This document shows positions 1 through 11,342 of a stretch of DNA of 64,000 nucleotides, in pieces (position 1 is the stretch's first letter; each line of letters starts with the position of its first letter). The translations under genes were made by a program, and so were the position numbers. The notes below the pieces were generated by a model, which saw only the letters and a list, made by a program, of their open reading frames with translations, made no database searches and was not told the DNA's origin. The stretch spans positions 123,876,001 to 123,940,000 of the forward strand of contig NC_042997.1 of NCBI RefSeq assembly GCF_006345805.1, written 5' to 3'. This DNA is from Octopus sinensis (Eukaryota).

Positions 1-60
1 ATCTGGGAACCGAAACCGACCGCGAGTCCGCTGCCCTAACCACTGGGCCATTGCGCCTCC
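1..60 (-). mobile_element. 5' tRNA-like head of SINE family A (body runs off the window start)
   Basis: Reverse complement GGAGGCGCAATGGCCCAGTGGTTAGGGCAGCGG...GGTTCCCAGAT matches the heads at 25439 and 49602; it has A-box-like TGGCCCAGTGG and B-box-like GGTTTCG(A/G)TTCC. Confidence 0.8.
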
Positions 61-834
61 TCAAATACGAATTTACAGAAAGAGATATATATGGTAACAA
101 GTATAATGTAAAAATAAGACTCCTGTGTCTGAGTTCGGGACAGCTGTTGTTTTATGGGTGAGAAACAAGCGCTGGAATACATGCGGAAAATACAAAAATA
201 TCTATAGCTATATTTGTAATTCTGTCTATTTCTTTGCCTGTGTTTCGATCCAGTTAAAGTATATATGTGTCACTATGTGAATGTATGTAATAATATAATC
301 AAGAAACAAAAAGCGAGGAAAATTTATTTAATAACATAGCGTGATATGAAGACTTCCGTGGCTTTTAGACAACTACATCTCCGGGGTAATTACCTTCCAA
401 TAATTTCATGTTATTTTTCTCTTTCATACGATTATCTTCATAGCACAGAAGTAAGTATGGAAAGTTTTATTGTTTAAAAAAAATTACCTCATTTTCTTTG
501 ATTATTTAATCATTATGCATACTCTATGAATTTTATAGCCTGTGGATTTGTGTCATAGCATTACGTGTATACTAGCACGAAACAACGTTCGCCAAATGAA
601 TTCTATAGAATGCTTATGTACGCATTACTCCCAGACTTTCTTTCTTCCACATTCACACGCAGGTTCTGGTAGTATATATGAATAGTAGGCTTGTGTTTTT
701 GTATGTGTTTCAATATGTAAATGTATATATTCACATATATATACATATACAAACATATTTACACGCATATATATTTATATATAAAAATATACATGTATAT
801 GCGTGTATGTGTGTGTACAAGCACGGGGGCGTGA

Positions 835-890
<56 letters not shown>

Positions 891-893
891 ATG

Positions 894-926
<33 letters not shown>

Positions 927-933
927 GTATATG

Positions 934-982
<49 letters not shown>

Positions 983-983
983 A

Positions 984-1013
<30 letters not shown>

Positions 1014-1016
<3 letters not shown>

Positions 1017-2550
1017 AACTTAGATAAACTTAGATATGTTTCGACCAAAGATTGGTCCAGGCCATGTGTAACTTAATAGCACCACCTGATAGGATTATTC
1101 GAATCCTGTTTAAGTCAAGTTTGTTTAAGTCAAGTTTTGTTCAAGTAGTGAGTTCTTGTTGGGTGAGTTGTATCCAGTTTTGTTCAAGTAGTGAGTTCTT
1201 GTTGGGTGAGTTGTATCCAATTATGGGTGGCTTATCTAGTATTCTTTGAAGGAATCTATCCAGACTCTGTTTAAAGTTGATGGGATCCTTTTCCTCTTTG
1301 GGCAGGGCCTGTTGAGGAAAAGAAATTATGTTGCAGTGTACATGTATGTTGTGATCTTGAATTGGGCAGGGGACGTATAGCCCGTGGTCCAAGTCTTGGA
1401 TGAACCTTGAAGCTAATGTTTAGGTCGTTTGGGCAAAGTTGGCGGTATATTTTCCACATCGTACAAATGATGTACCGCTCACGGCGACGCTGGAGGGAAT
1501 AAAGTTTCAAGGCTTTAAGGCGATCCCAATAATCGAGAGCAGCCATGCCTTCAATTTGTTTAGTGAGCGTCCTCTGGGGTGACTCAATTCTGGAGATGTT
1601 TTGTCTTGTGTGAGGAGACCACAGTGGGCAGCAGTATTCAAGGTGTGGCCGTACAAAGGAGGAAAAAAGTGGTATGATGACACCTTGTTCTCTGGACCGG
1701 AAAGTTCTTAAGATCCAGGAACTCATCCTACGAGCTATATCGACCTTCTTGTTGATGTGTGCACTCCAACTGAGATCGTCATCAACAATTACACCCAGGT
1801 CTCTGATATTGTTAGAAGCTGTGAGCGGTTCCCCTGAAGGAAGAGAGTATGGTTGTTTTAGTGAGGAATTTCTTCCAAAATGCATCAGCTCAAATTTTCT
1901 CTCATTCAGTTGCATTTTGTTTCTGTCTGCCCATTGACTCACAGCATATAGATCAGACTGGAGTTGAGTTCGGTCTGCTTCTTCATTGACGATTTGCTGG
2001 AGCTTAGTGTCATCAGCAAATATTTTCACTTTGCAGTAATGTACGACACTGGAAAGGTCGTTTACGTAAATTATGAAGAGTAGCGGACCCAAAACAGTTC
2101 CCTGGGGAACACCGCTGGTGACTTTTGCTGGGTTTGAGTGGACTCCATCAACTACAACATGTTGTGTTCTATTCGCCAGGAAATACTTAATCCAGTGTAG
2201 AACTTTTCCACGGATTCCAACATTTGCCAATTTTGAGAGTAGGATGATATGGTCTACCCTGTCGAACGCTTTACTGAAGTCAAGATATATGACGTCAGAT
2301 TTCGAACCTGTTCCCAAGGCTTTGAGTACATCTTCAATGTGGTGTAAGAGCTGTGTTAGACAGTCCCTGCCACAGCGAAAGCCATGCTGATTTGCATTTA
2401 GGAGTTTGTGTGTCTCCAGGAAGTCAGCTATCCTTGATCTTAACACTCTTTCAAACACTTTAATGATGTGGGAGGTGAGTGAGATTGGGCGATAGTTGAC
2501 TGCGAGGGATCTGTTTCCCTGTTTAAAAACCGGGATGACCGACTGGGATA
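1014..2550 (-). mobile_element. 5'-truncated CR1-like LINE (RT region, 3' UTR, short tandem-repeat tail)
   Basis: RT ORF below. The frame extends upstream as VIPVFKQGNRSLAVNYRPISLTSHIIK. A frameshifted C-terminus FKQSLDRFLQRILDKP...NSLLE lies in 1141-1392. The element ends in 2 copies of a 10-mer (ATAAACTTAG on +, 1014-1033) next to (TA)n. Confidence 0.9.
1271..2458 (-). CDS. Non-LTR retrotransposon reverse transcriptase, partial ORF2 (395 aa), CR1/Jockey group
   Basis: Motifs QHGFR, YLDFSKAFDRVDH, GVPQGTVLGPLLF, FADDTKL, DLGVIVDDDLSWSAHI, RPHLEYCCPLWSP, SLQRRRERY. No APE domain, and a frameshift near the C-terminus. Confidence 0.92.
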   Translation of the reverse strand: MFERVLRSRIADFLETHKLLNANQHGFRCGRDCLTQLLHHIEDVLKALGTGSKSDVIYLDFSKAFDRVDHIILLSKLANVGIRGKVLHWIKYFLANRTQHVVVDGVHSNPAKVTSGVPQGTVLGPLLFIIYVNDLSSVVHYCKVKIFADDTKLQQIVNEEADRTQLQSDLYAVSQWADRNKMQLNERKFELMHFGRNSSLKQPYSLPSGEPLTASNNIRDLGVIVDDDLSWSAHINKKVDIARRMSSWILRTFRSREQGVIIPLFSSFVRPHLEYCCPLWSPHTRQNISRIESPQRTLTKQIEGMAALDYWDRLKALKLYSLQRRRERYIICTMWKIYRQLCPNDLNISFKVHPRLGPRAIRPLPNSRSQHTCTLQHNFFSSTGPAQRGKGSHQL

Positions 2551-2576
2551 GAAACGGTTTCGGTAGTATATATATA

Positions 2577-2705
2577 CTTTATTTAAAAGCATCAGAAATA
2601 TAACAAAAGCTGTTACTCAGAGTTTCATATGAAGCATATTACTCTACCTCTGGTATTTGAGTACTCTTTTTTCCACCTTGTTTCACATTTATGTACTTAC
2701 TCCGG
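2577..2705. mobile_element. Short PLE-type terminal-repeat fragment (same family as 22020, 26784, 60273)
   Basis: Shares the tail CATATTACTCTACC(T/A)CTGGTATTTGAGTACTCTTTTTTCCACCTTGTTTCACATTTATG..TACTCCGG and an inverted AAACTC(T/A)GAGTAACAG...AAATAAAG segment with the other copies. Confidence 0.65.
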
Positions 2706-2707
2706 TG

Positions 2708-2783
<76 letters not shown>

Positions 2784-4359
2784 TACATATACATATTTAT
2801 AAAGAGAGAAGGGAGAACGAGAGAGAGAGGCAGACAGACATACCGACAGAAACTCATACACACACACGCACATACAAACGTACACATATACACACACATG
2901 AGTGAGGGAGAGAATAGCAGAAGACAGCAATGAAAGATAATCCGTAGTTACCTATAATTTCGGAAGTACACACACGATCCTTCTCGCCGCTTTTGCTAAT
3001 TATTTCTGAGCCATCCATCTTATTTAATGACACTGTACGGTAGATTCTTATTTAATTAATACCCCACCACGATCGGGAAATGATAGCAATGTACTATTTG
3101 AAGAAGCAGGGATTACTGTAAGTAAGACTACTTTTACACTTGTAGTGACAGTGCTGAATGAAAGGTGCTGATCTATCATTTGATGTTGATACGTTCCGTA
3201 ACATTAAATTCATCCATGCCGAAATAATTCGTTTTGCTTTGAACATTGGCAACTAAGTTTTACTGTATGAAGAGAACAAGTAGATATGAATGTAGCGTGA
3301 TTGATAACATTAGGTCCATAAAAATATTCCAGTATTGGGTATTAATACAAAATAGAAATGACCTACTATCATCGTATTCAGTATATAGTCATACGGTTTT
3401 AAAAAGGAGCAGCTCAAATCTGAAATCAGGGTTAACTAAATAATTGTGTATATTAAAAGAACAATTGAACAATTTCTTATACGATGAAGATCTTGAAAAC
3501 ACAGTTTTGCAATTCATATACTGAAACCCCAAGAAAATCTTCGTCAATGTGAGTCTATATAAAAAGACTATATATTTGATTAGTTTGAATTATCGATAAT
3601 TAAGATAATGTAATAAAAACATTAATAAAATATTAAGAACTACGTAAAATAAAAAAGAAACAAAATGATCTATTGAATTAAGGAAGATGAATAAAAATTG
3701 TAGTTATATATCTAAAGTGAAAAGTTTGGAATATTGAAGATTAAATAAATAACAACGATAAAAGGAAATAGTATAAGATGTTGTTGTTGATAAATTATAA
3801 TAGAATTAAAAATTCATGAAATTATACCACCTTCAAGTAATGTTTCAAAGATTATTTAATACGATTGTAAGAAGAAGGATATTGTAAATCATATTCACCA
3901 CCTAAATGTCTTCCCGAGAACTAAAGAATGTGATAAAAAGAAAGTAAGAACTAACGTATTGAGTATCTAAACAAAATAGTTAGGCATGTGAAGAGATATT
4001 AGAATCAACATTTTGATGACGTTCTGAAAAAAATTGTGCGATAATGTCACGAAAAATATTTTTTCTATACTAAAAATTTTCAATTCTGAAAGTTAATTTT
4101 TTTTTTCAAAAAACAGAATATCACATTACTCGGAACTCAGCCAACTTCTTAATTTCAGTCAAAAATTGACTGTCAGCAGTAAAGGAATTTTAATTTATTT
4201 TTCAGATTTATCTCGCCTTATCGCTCAAATTTTCTTCTAGCGTTTTTGAAGTGTTGAAGCTAATCACTGTTCACATTATTTACTTCTACAATATTAAGGA
4301 TTCTTTTGTAAATTATTGCCAACATACTTATATATAATACGTGTGTGTGTGAGTGTGTA

Positions 4360-4415
<56 letters not shown>

Positions 4416-4503
4416 AACAACGATCTAATTATAATACATTAAAAAGTAGAATTTCCGAAATAAATTGCACCTTAAATTCAACATATATATATATAGAGAG
4501 ACA

Positions 4504-4590
4504 CTAACAGGCGTACCCGGCGTTGCCTGGGGCTGTTTGTTAAGTATGCCTGTTTAGTTATTAGAACATTAACTGACGCACTCCTAGAAA
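4504..4590 (-). mobile_element. Helitron 3'-end fragment
   Basis: About 85 bp near-identical to 4974-5060. On the minus strand it has the hairpin CCCAGGCAACGCCGGG followed by a degenerate CTAG (TTAG). Confidence 0.6.
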
Positions 4591-4667
4591 GTAAAAAGTA
4601 AAAAACGAATACAATTCCAGTTTAGAATTTGCGAAATAATTGCATCTCCAATTCAACATTCGGTTTC

Positions 4668-4740
<73 letters not shown>

Positions 4741-4774
4741 CATACATATATACATACATACATAGGGAGAGTTT

Positions 4775-4960
4775 ACGAAAAAAACAAAAGACGAAGACAG
4801 GTGACATACAAAACAAATAGATGTATTAGTATAACGCTCAGGAATAGAAAAAGTCTTTTACGTTTCGAGCCAACGATCTTCTACAGAAAGGTACACAGAA
4901 AAAACAAGGAGAGAAAAAAGTATGTGTAGTGGCTAACGATCTATCATGGCGATCTATCAT
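4775..4960 (-). mobile_element. Possible PLE terminal-repeat fragment with a degenerate hammerhead-like motif (4853-4891)
   Basis: Minus strand CTTT-CTGTAGA-A-GATC.GTTG.GCTC-GAAA-CG-TA-AAAG. Stem I and the palindromic ACGT stem III are present, but the core has A6U and stem II has a mismatch. Confidence 0.35.
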
Positions 4961-4973
4961 ATATACACACACA

Positions 4974-6504
4974 CTAGCAAGTGTGCCTGGCGTTGCCCTG
5001 GACTGTTTGTTAATTATGCCTGTTTAATTATTAGAACATTGACGGATGCACCGCTCAACTGAATGAAAGAAATCATAACGGCAGATGTTCCCTGCGTTGT
5101 TTGATTTATTTAGCACAATAGTGAACACAATAGAGTCATACGCCCACACCATTGTCATTGTTTTCCATTAGGACAGTAGGACGATCTGCAAAAAATGGCA
5201 GTAATTGATTTTATTCTCCTTACCACATAGCTGCTGACATGTGCTCTTTAGCAGATGGAAAGGTTGAACCTAAACATGTGACATAAAAAGAAATAGTATG
5301 TTTACTTGCTGTTTCACTGGATTGCACATTCAACATTATCTGAACAAAACATTTGACGCGTTTCCTGTGCAAAAAAGATGAAAAGTGTAGTATCTGTTGC
5401 CTACCTCACAATCGGGGGATGGTGCTTAACGGAGAGCATACTGTGAAGATTACGCTAATGAAACAACTAAGGTGACATGGGTATGGTTACCTGATGTTTT
5501 CCTGTTTACTGCATAGAGCAACATCCGTTGTTGTCTTTCCCCTGTAGTCTCCGTAGCGCGCGCAACAGCAGTTGCTGCAGTATCTTTTCTAAGTCAATCT
5601 CTGCGTTGTTCTGCAGTATCTGTAGCTCGTGCAACAGCAGTTGAGAAAGCATCTCTTGTAAGTCGATCTACGCGTTGTGCTGCAGTATCTGCAGCTCGTC
5701 CAGCACCATTTGATGAAGCATCTCTTGTAAGCCGATCTACGCGTTGTGCTGCAGTAGAGGAAGCTTTTATTTTTCGGCGTGCTGAACGTTGCTCGTTGCG
5801 CAGCAATACGTGCTGACCGATCACAACGCTGCTCTTCACTTGCCCTTTTTCGCGCTGAAGCCATCCTAAGTGCACTGAGAGTGTTCTTCCTGGCTGCGTC
5901 CTCGGTAGATTCATTTCCACGCATACGTTTACTTTTCTTTCCAGCATTTGTTGGCTGACGTATTTTGGAACTTTTGCATCGAGACATGGTGGAAAATTAT
6001 CAGTTTACGCAATAGAAGTCTTAAGGAAAAAGCGGTGAATGTGTAGCACCGAAAAATAGTAAAATATAGTTGGCAAACATGTTAATCAAACAGACCGAAT
6101 TAAGGATTTAAAAAAAATTTGGGGTAAGAGTTTTGAAGTTGGAATAATTATATGAAAATGAGTGCTCACGGGAAAACAGAGGCAAATCGTAACTCGCAAA
6201 TGAATACTGCTGGCATTACTGTATAAGCAGTCGATAAGAGCTCGCCACAACTGACAAAGTATTGATTTTTTTCTAGCTGGGTGTGTGTCACGTTTTTTCG
6301 CTGGCTCAAGCGAAATCCTAGACGAATTGAGAGTAGTCTATTTATGTTGGGGGCGCAAAATTTCGAGGAAAAAATTATAAGAAACAGCGTCCTCAGTCAA
6401 AGAGAGCACACATGTCAAATTTGGTGAAATTCGGATGAAAAATGTAGGAGTAGAAGTGGTTCACACAACACACAGACAGCCAACTTGCCTTTTAATATAT
6501 AATA
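4974..6504 (-). mobile_element. Internally deleted Helitron (~1.5 kb)
   Basis: Minus-strand 3' end CCAGGGCAACGCCAGG-CACACTTG-CTAG followed by T. The 5' end ...TATATATTAAAAGGCAAGTTG resembles the 5' ends of the 8350 and 36849 elements. Contains a RepHel N-terminal remnant. Confidence 0.75.
5230..5987 (-). pseudogene. Frameshifted N-terminal remnant of a Helitron RepHel protein
   Basis: MSRCKSSKIRQ...ARKRASEEQR start, then 69-bp repeats (at 5611, 5680, 5749) encoding DTAAQRVDRLTRDA..., then degenerate ETRQMFCSD/SKH segments recalling the C-x2-C...CC and SKHF motifs of RepHel N-termini. No Rep or helicase core. Confidence 0.55.
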
Positions 6505-6530
6505 TGTGTGTTTGTGTTTGTGTTTGTGTG

Positions 6531-6563
<33 letters not shown>

Positions 6564-7014
6564 AGCGAAAGAGAGAGGCAAGTATAGGTATAAGCGAATT
6601 TTCTCACATACCTTAGTAACCTCCGTCATCCACTTAATTCCTTCAAATAAATCTCATTCCCTTTTCTCACTGTCTCAAGCATTAATTCCATAGCTTCATA
6701 CAAACGTGATATAAGACTACAATTCTCATACATCCTAACCCACCTCGCCTTCATCCTCATAATTTCCCCCTCTACTACTATTACTCTCAACTAGTCTTTT
6801 TATTAATCCCGACTCTTGAACTATCTCTACTGCTCTCACCATTCCCTATCTTAAGACATCCCCGCCAGTTCCGAACTCTAATACACCTAGCTCTCCACAT
6901 TGAATTATTCCATCTTTGAGTTTAGGTCCTTCAAAATCTCAAATGTAAGATATCTTCCCTGAAGAGGGAGGCTCCCATATAGAAACATTATTTTAAACCA
7001 CCAATCCCCTGCTG

Positions 7015-7878
7015 ACAGTACTTGTCCGCCGTAATGGTTTCGCCTGGATCCAAAAAGCTGTGATGGATGAGACCGGCCGAAGAACACCAGTCACCATTAC
7101 CTTCTTTTGGTGCAACTTTGGCTTCGGAAAGTGCTGTGGAGCTTCGTCGGCGTCCAACTGAGCTAAGCGTCACCGGCTGTCGTAAAGAATTCACTATTCA
7201 TCGCAAGTCACAATCCAGTCGAGAAACGGGTAATTCTTGTTGCGTAAAAAGAGGGAAAGACGACACTTCAGAACGGCGTTTTTTTTTTCTTGTTTTGGTT
7301 GTCTTTCAATTTGTGCGTCACCCATTTCTCAAGTATTTTTTCCCAATCTCTTTCAAGTGGTTGGAAATTGTCATATACGTTATGTCTAATTCAAAAGCAA
7401 GCTCTCGATTGGTTTCCACTAACGCTCTTAGTTGATAGTTTGTCAACATCCGATGGCCGACCACTACGCTTATCATGTCGCCCCTAGTGGGTAATAAAGA
7501 ATCACCACTACGCTTATCATCTTGAAGACTCACGTCATCGTTACGAAATTTCTTGAACCACCATTGTGCTGTACTTCATTAGTGGTTCCTGGGCTGATAT
7601 TACGATATCGCGACCTGTTTCAGCAGCTTTTCGTCCTAGTTTGAACTGGAATATGAAAATTGTGCGAATTTGCGTTTTGACCATGTTGTAGTCAACGTTC
7701 AGGGGAAATGGCATAATTATTCAAAAATAAAAAGAAAGAGGAACACGATTAGATAGGGTGAAAATGGGCTTTAGAATGATATATGAATTCAAAGTAATTT
7801 AACGAAAATTAAATTTGAAAATACATCATTTAAAACCAAAATTTAAAATTCCGCAAGAACTTTCTTGACAACCTAATA
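7015..7878 (-). mobile_element. Truncated mariner (Tc1/mariner, Hsmar1/cecropia-like) transposon
   Basis: TA plus TIR TTAGGTTGTCAAGAAAGTTCTTGCGG at 7878-7850. Degenerate transposase: QIRTIFIFQFKLGRKAAET, YQLRALVE...ELDITYMTISNHLKEIGK, SAGLIHHSFLDPGETITADKYCQQ. The 3' part and second TIR are absent. Confidence 0.85.
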
Positions 7879-7931
7879 GATTGTTCGGAATATTAGGAAT
7901 ATTAAAACTTTCTGTTAACCGTATAACCAAC

Positions 7932-8304
7932 TATTCTTTCACTGTGTGATAGCGTCTATTTATTGAGAAGATGTTATAGCATGTCATCTTTAATGCATTA
8001 CGATATTATAGTCGCTTTATAAAAATTAAGGCAACATAATTGTTGCCTTCATTTTTAAAATCAAAACATAAGGCCTTCTTTGCTAGCCTTTAAAATTATC
8101 GTTTCACAGATGTTTTCCCGTGTAAGCATTTATTCTTTCACTGTATGATAGCTTCTATTCATTGAGTCGATGTTATATCTCATGTTTAATGCATTACAAT
8201 ATTTTAATCGCTTTATAAAAATACGGGCAATATAAACGTTGCCTTTATTTTAGTATATTAAAACAAGCTCTTTTCGCTAGCCGTTAAAATTATCGTTTTA
8301 CAGA
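7932..8304. repeat. Diverged tandem duplication, period ~199 bp (7932-8110 / 8131-8304)
   Basis: Both copies start TATTCTTTCACTGT(G/A)TGATAGC and end TTAAAATTATCGTTT(C/T)ACAGA, with colinear internal matches. Confidence 0.85.
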
Positions 8305-8349
8305 ACCGAGATTACACATACAACATTTGTGTTTGTACTTTATTTATTA

Positions 8350-8642
8350 CTAGCAGTATCGCCCGGCATTGCTCGGGTTTGTAAGGGAAATAACTATATA
8401 AGCATTTTTAGAGAGGTATAGCAAAAAATAGCAGAAAAATGCATTAAAATGGAAAAAAATGATGGTAATTTTTTTTTAAATCGTAGACTCATCGTAGACG
8501 CGCGCTAATACCCAGAAGGGCTCGGTATGAATCACGACTATAAGATACCCGCTTTTGTTTAAACTGCACCGCAAAATGTGGGAGTAGTTAGGAATCTAAA
8601 TCGTAGGAGACAGACACACAACTTGACTTTTATATATAAAGA
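8350..8642 (-). mobile_element. Non-autonomous Helitron (293 bp)
   Basis: Minus strand A|TCTTTATATATAAAAG...CCCGAGCAATGCCGGG-CGATACTG-CTAG|T: canonical 5'-TC, 3' hairpin plus CTAG, A/T insertion site, no TSD. The 3' end matches that of 36849-38497. Confidence 0.85.
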
Positions 8643-9511
8643 TTTGAATATTCAACCACACCTACGATTTTTGAGTTGCTTGAGTTTGTTTCTATCATTC
8701 TATTTATGTAACAATTTCTATATTGTATTAGAATCTGTTGAGTTCCCATAGTGGAATCGCTACAGTCACTGTCGACATTCTCTTTATTCTTATAAGCTGA
8801 AGACTAAATAGCGAATATTTTATATACACAAAATTTTGAGTATCCAGAGAACAATATACACAGTATATTTTGTATAAGTACTTGCGCTAGATAAACTGAG
8901 TTCTCAAACAATTCGCTAGAAAAAGAAATGAAAACGAATATACCTCACTAAGTAATCATATATCAGCGGTTATTTTCATTGACTCCTTACATCTCCAGGG
9001 ACTTCTTCAGTTCATTCACTTTTACGCCTTATTCAAGGAGGTATATTATCAAAGATAGTGATGTAAAGAGAAACTTACACTTGTTCGTTCTAAAAGCTTT
9101 GTTCAAGTAAATATTCGGTCTATCATTCTGTAGATGTTCTGACAGCTTGTTTGCTCCCTCGATGGTTAAACTTCGAGATAATTCAATAGATTATCACTTT
9201 GTTCTGCATAAACACCTTCCTAGAGGTATCACTGATATAGCTGTGCTTTTCACCGACTTTCTCAAACGGGAGGAATGGCACTGAAGGAGAGACTATCTCT
9301 CCAAAATCTTTAAATCATGTCTCTTTTGAGGATATACATGTATGTATGTATGCATGTATGTATGTATGTGTGTATGTATGTATTTATGTGTCTGTGTATG
9401 CATATATATATATATATAAAATATTATTAGAGACAAAACCACTATTTTGCAAAACAAACAAGGAAATACTTAATCAATACATAAAATTTTAATAAATAGT
9501 CAAAAAAACCG

Positions 9512-9554
9512 CCACTACAATTATTTCTTGTCTTGATCGACAATCTTCAGGTGG
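9512..9554 (-). ncRNA. Type I minimal hammerhead ribozyme motif
   Basis: Exact reverse complement of 9603-9645. Confidence 0.75.
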
Positions 9555-9602
9555 ACTTCCAATTTACAAGTCAGTTTCGAAACTGACTTGTAAATTGGAA
9601 GT

Positions 9603-9645
9603 CCACCTGAAGATTGTCGATCAAGACAAGAAATAATTGTAGTGG
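9603..9645 (+). ncRNA. Type I minimal hammerhead ribozyme motif
   Basis: CCAC-CTGAAGA-TTGTC.GATCAA.GACAA-GAAA-TAATTG-TA-GTGG: stem I 4 bp, intact core, stem II 5 bp, near-palindromic stem III. Predicted cleavage after A9641. Confidence 0.75.
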
Positions 9646-9817
9646 CGGTTTTTTTGACTATTTATTAAAATTTTATGTATTGATTAAGTATTTCCTTGTT
9701 TGTTTTGCAAAATAGTGGTTTTGTCTCTAATAATATTTTATAATATTTTACTATAAAATTGGATTTAATCCTAAATCTGATTTTTTCCCTGTAAATTTGG
9801 ATTTATTCCCTAATATT

Positions 9818-9857
<40 letters not shown>

Positions 9858-9958
9858 TATATATAAAATATTATTAGAGACAAAACCACTATTTTGCAAA
9901 ACAAACAAGGAAATACTTAATCAATACATAAAATTTTAATAAATAGTCAAAAAAACCG

Positions 9959-10001
9959 CCACTACAATTATTTCTTGTCTTGATCGACAATCTTCAGGTG
10001 G
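9959..10001 (-). ncRNA. Type I minimal hammerhead ribozyme motif (second palindrome)
   Basis: Same sequence as 9512-9554, offset 447. Confidence 0.75.
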
Positions 10002-10049
10002 ACTTCCAATTTACAAGTCAGTTTCGAAACTGACTTGTAAATTGGAAGT

Positions 10050-10092
10050 CCACCTGAAGATTGTCGATCAAGACAAGAAATAATTGTAGTGG
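10050..10092 (+). ncRNA. Type I minimal hammerhead ribozyme motif (second palindrome)
   Basis: Same sequence as 9603-9645, offset 447. Confidence 0.75.
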
Positions 10093-10264
10093 CGGTTTTT
10101 TTGACTATTTATTAAAATTTTATGTATTGATTAAGTATTTCCTTGTTTGTTTTGCAAAATAGTGGTTTTGTCTCTAATAATATTTTATAATATTTTACTA
10201 TAAAATTGGATTTAATCCTAAATCTGATTTTTTCCCTGTAAATTTGGATTTATTCCCTAATATT

Positions 10265-10325
<61 letters not shown>

Positions 10326-11227
10326 TTGATTCATAGATAGATAGATACATACATACAACTAGACAGGTATACATATTTAAATAGGTAGATAGGTAAGAGA
10401 TATAAAATTGCATATGTAGTATAATCCACTTATATTTTGCAAGATAACAACTAACAAATGTACATTCAGGAACATAGATTAGCCTATGATGTCTACTATA
10501 GATTACTTATACACTCGGAGCATCTTGTAAGGTAAAAGATATAAAACGCCCCTGAAAGTCCATTGGTTTTATTCTTATGCATCTCGGATAATATCTCGCG
10601 ATAACAAAATAATATTCTCCTATATACAACCTATATCCTTAGGCACAACACACTGCACGTAGCGAACTAGATATGCTAATGAAAGAGATACGAGATTCTG
10701 CAGTTTGATGTATTCTGATTTATTGATTTTGTGATAATGTTCAGGATACAAAGAAATTTCAATGTGTGTTAAGTACCCTACCTTTTAAAAATGCGCTATA
10801 TTTGTTGATAAAAGCGTTGGAAAGATATCACATTTCCGGGACTAGCAATTGAAGAGGAAGCATTATTTTTTAATGAAATACAGCTTTTATGGTATTTATC
10901 TTGGATTTAATGTCTCTAGCTTGCTGGAAGCAAACCTAGATATACATATATTTTTCATATCATAAGAATTCTTTAAGCTATAAAAATGCGTATACATCAT
11001 TTTCACACCAATATGTTACGATCCATCCACAATAAGAAAAGATAATACTACAGAAGTATTAGGAAATATAATGCATTTCAAGTTCGAATTCACTACTCAT
11101 TGCTTTGTAAAAGAAATATTCAACTGCAGTACCGACCTCACGTAGTCTCCTCTAAAATCGCAAACATAATTATTGTTTGATCGAGTCCATCCATGTTATC
11201 GGACAAATTCTTGGTGAATGCAGATTT

Positions 11228-11342
<115 letters not shown>

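Larger units (their letters stand above)
9415..10265. mobile_element. Two tandem copies (period 447) of a 328-bp perfect palindrome plus ~75-bp tail; PLE terminal-repeat-like
   Basis: Palindrome centres at 9578|9579 and 10025|10026 (CAGTTTC|GAAACTG). Arms span 9415-9742 and 9862-10189. One-sided tails end CCCTAATATTT before (TA)n. Each arm has an HHR. Confidence 0.8.

Noticed and set aside
678-1076. ORFs rich in YI/IY/VC/HT dipeptides here and throughout the ORF track
   Set aside because: They are translations of (TA)n, (TG)n, (CA)n and (GATA)n microsatellites, not genes.
8790-8826. CTGAAGA followed by a short hairpin and GAAT
   Set aside because: GAAT instead of GAAA and no U16.1 pairing; likely chance in AT-rich DNA.
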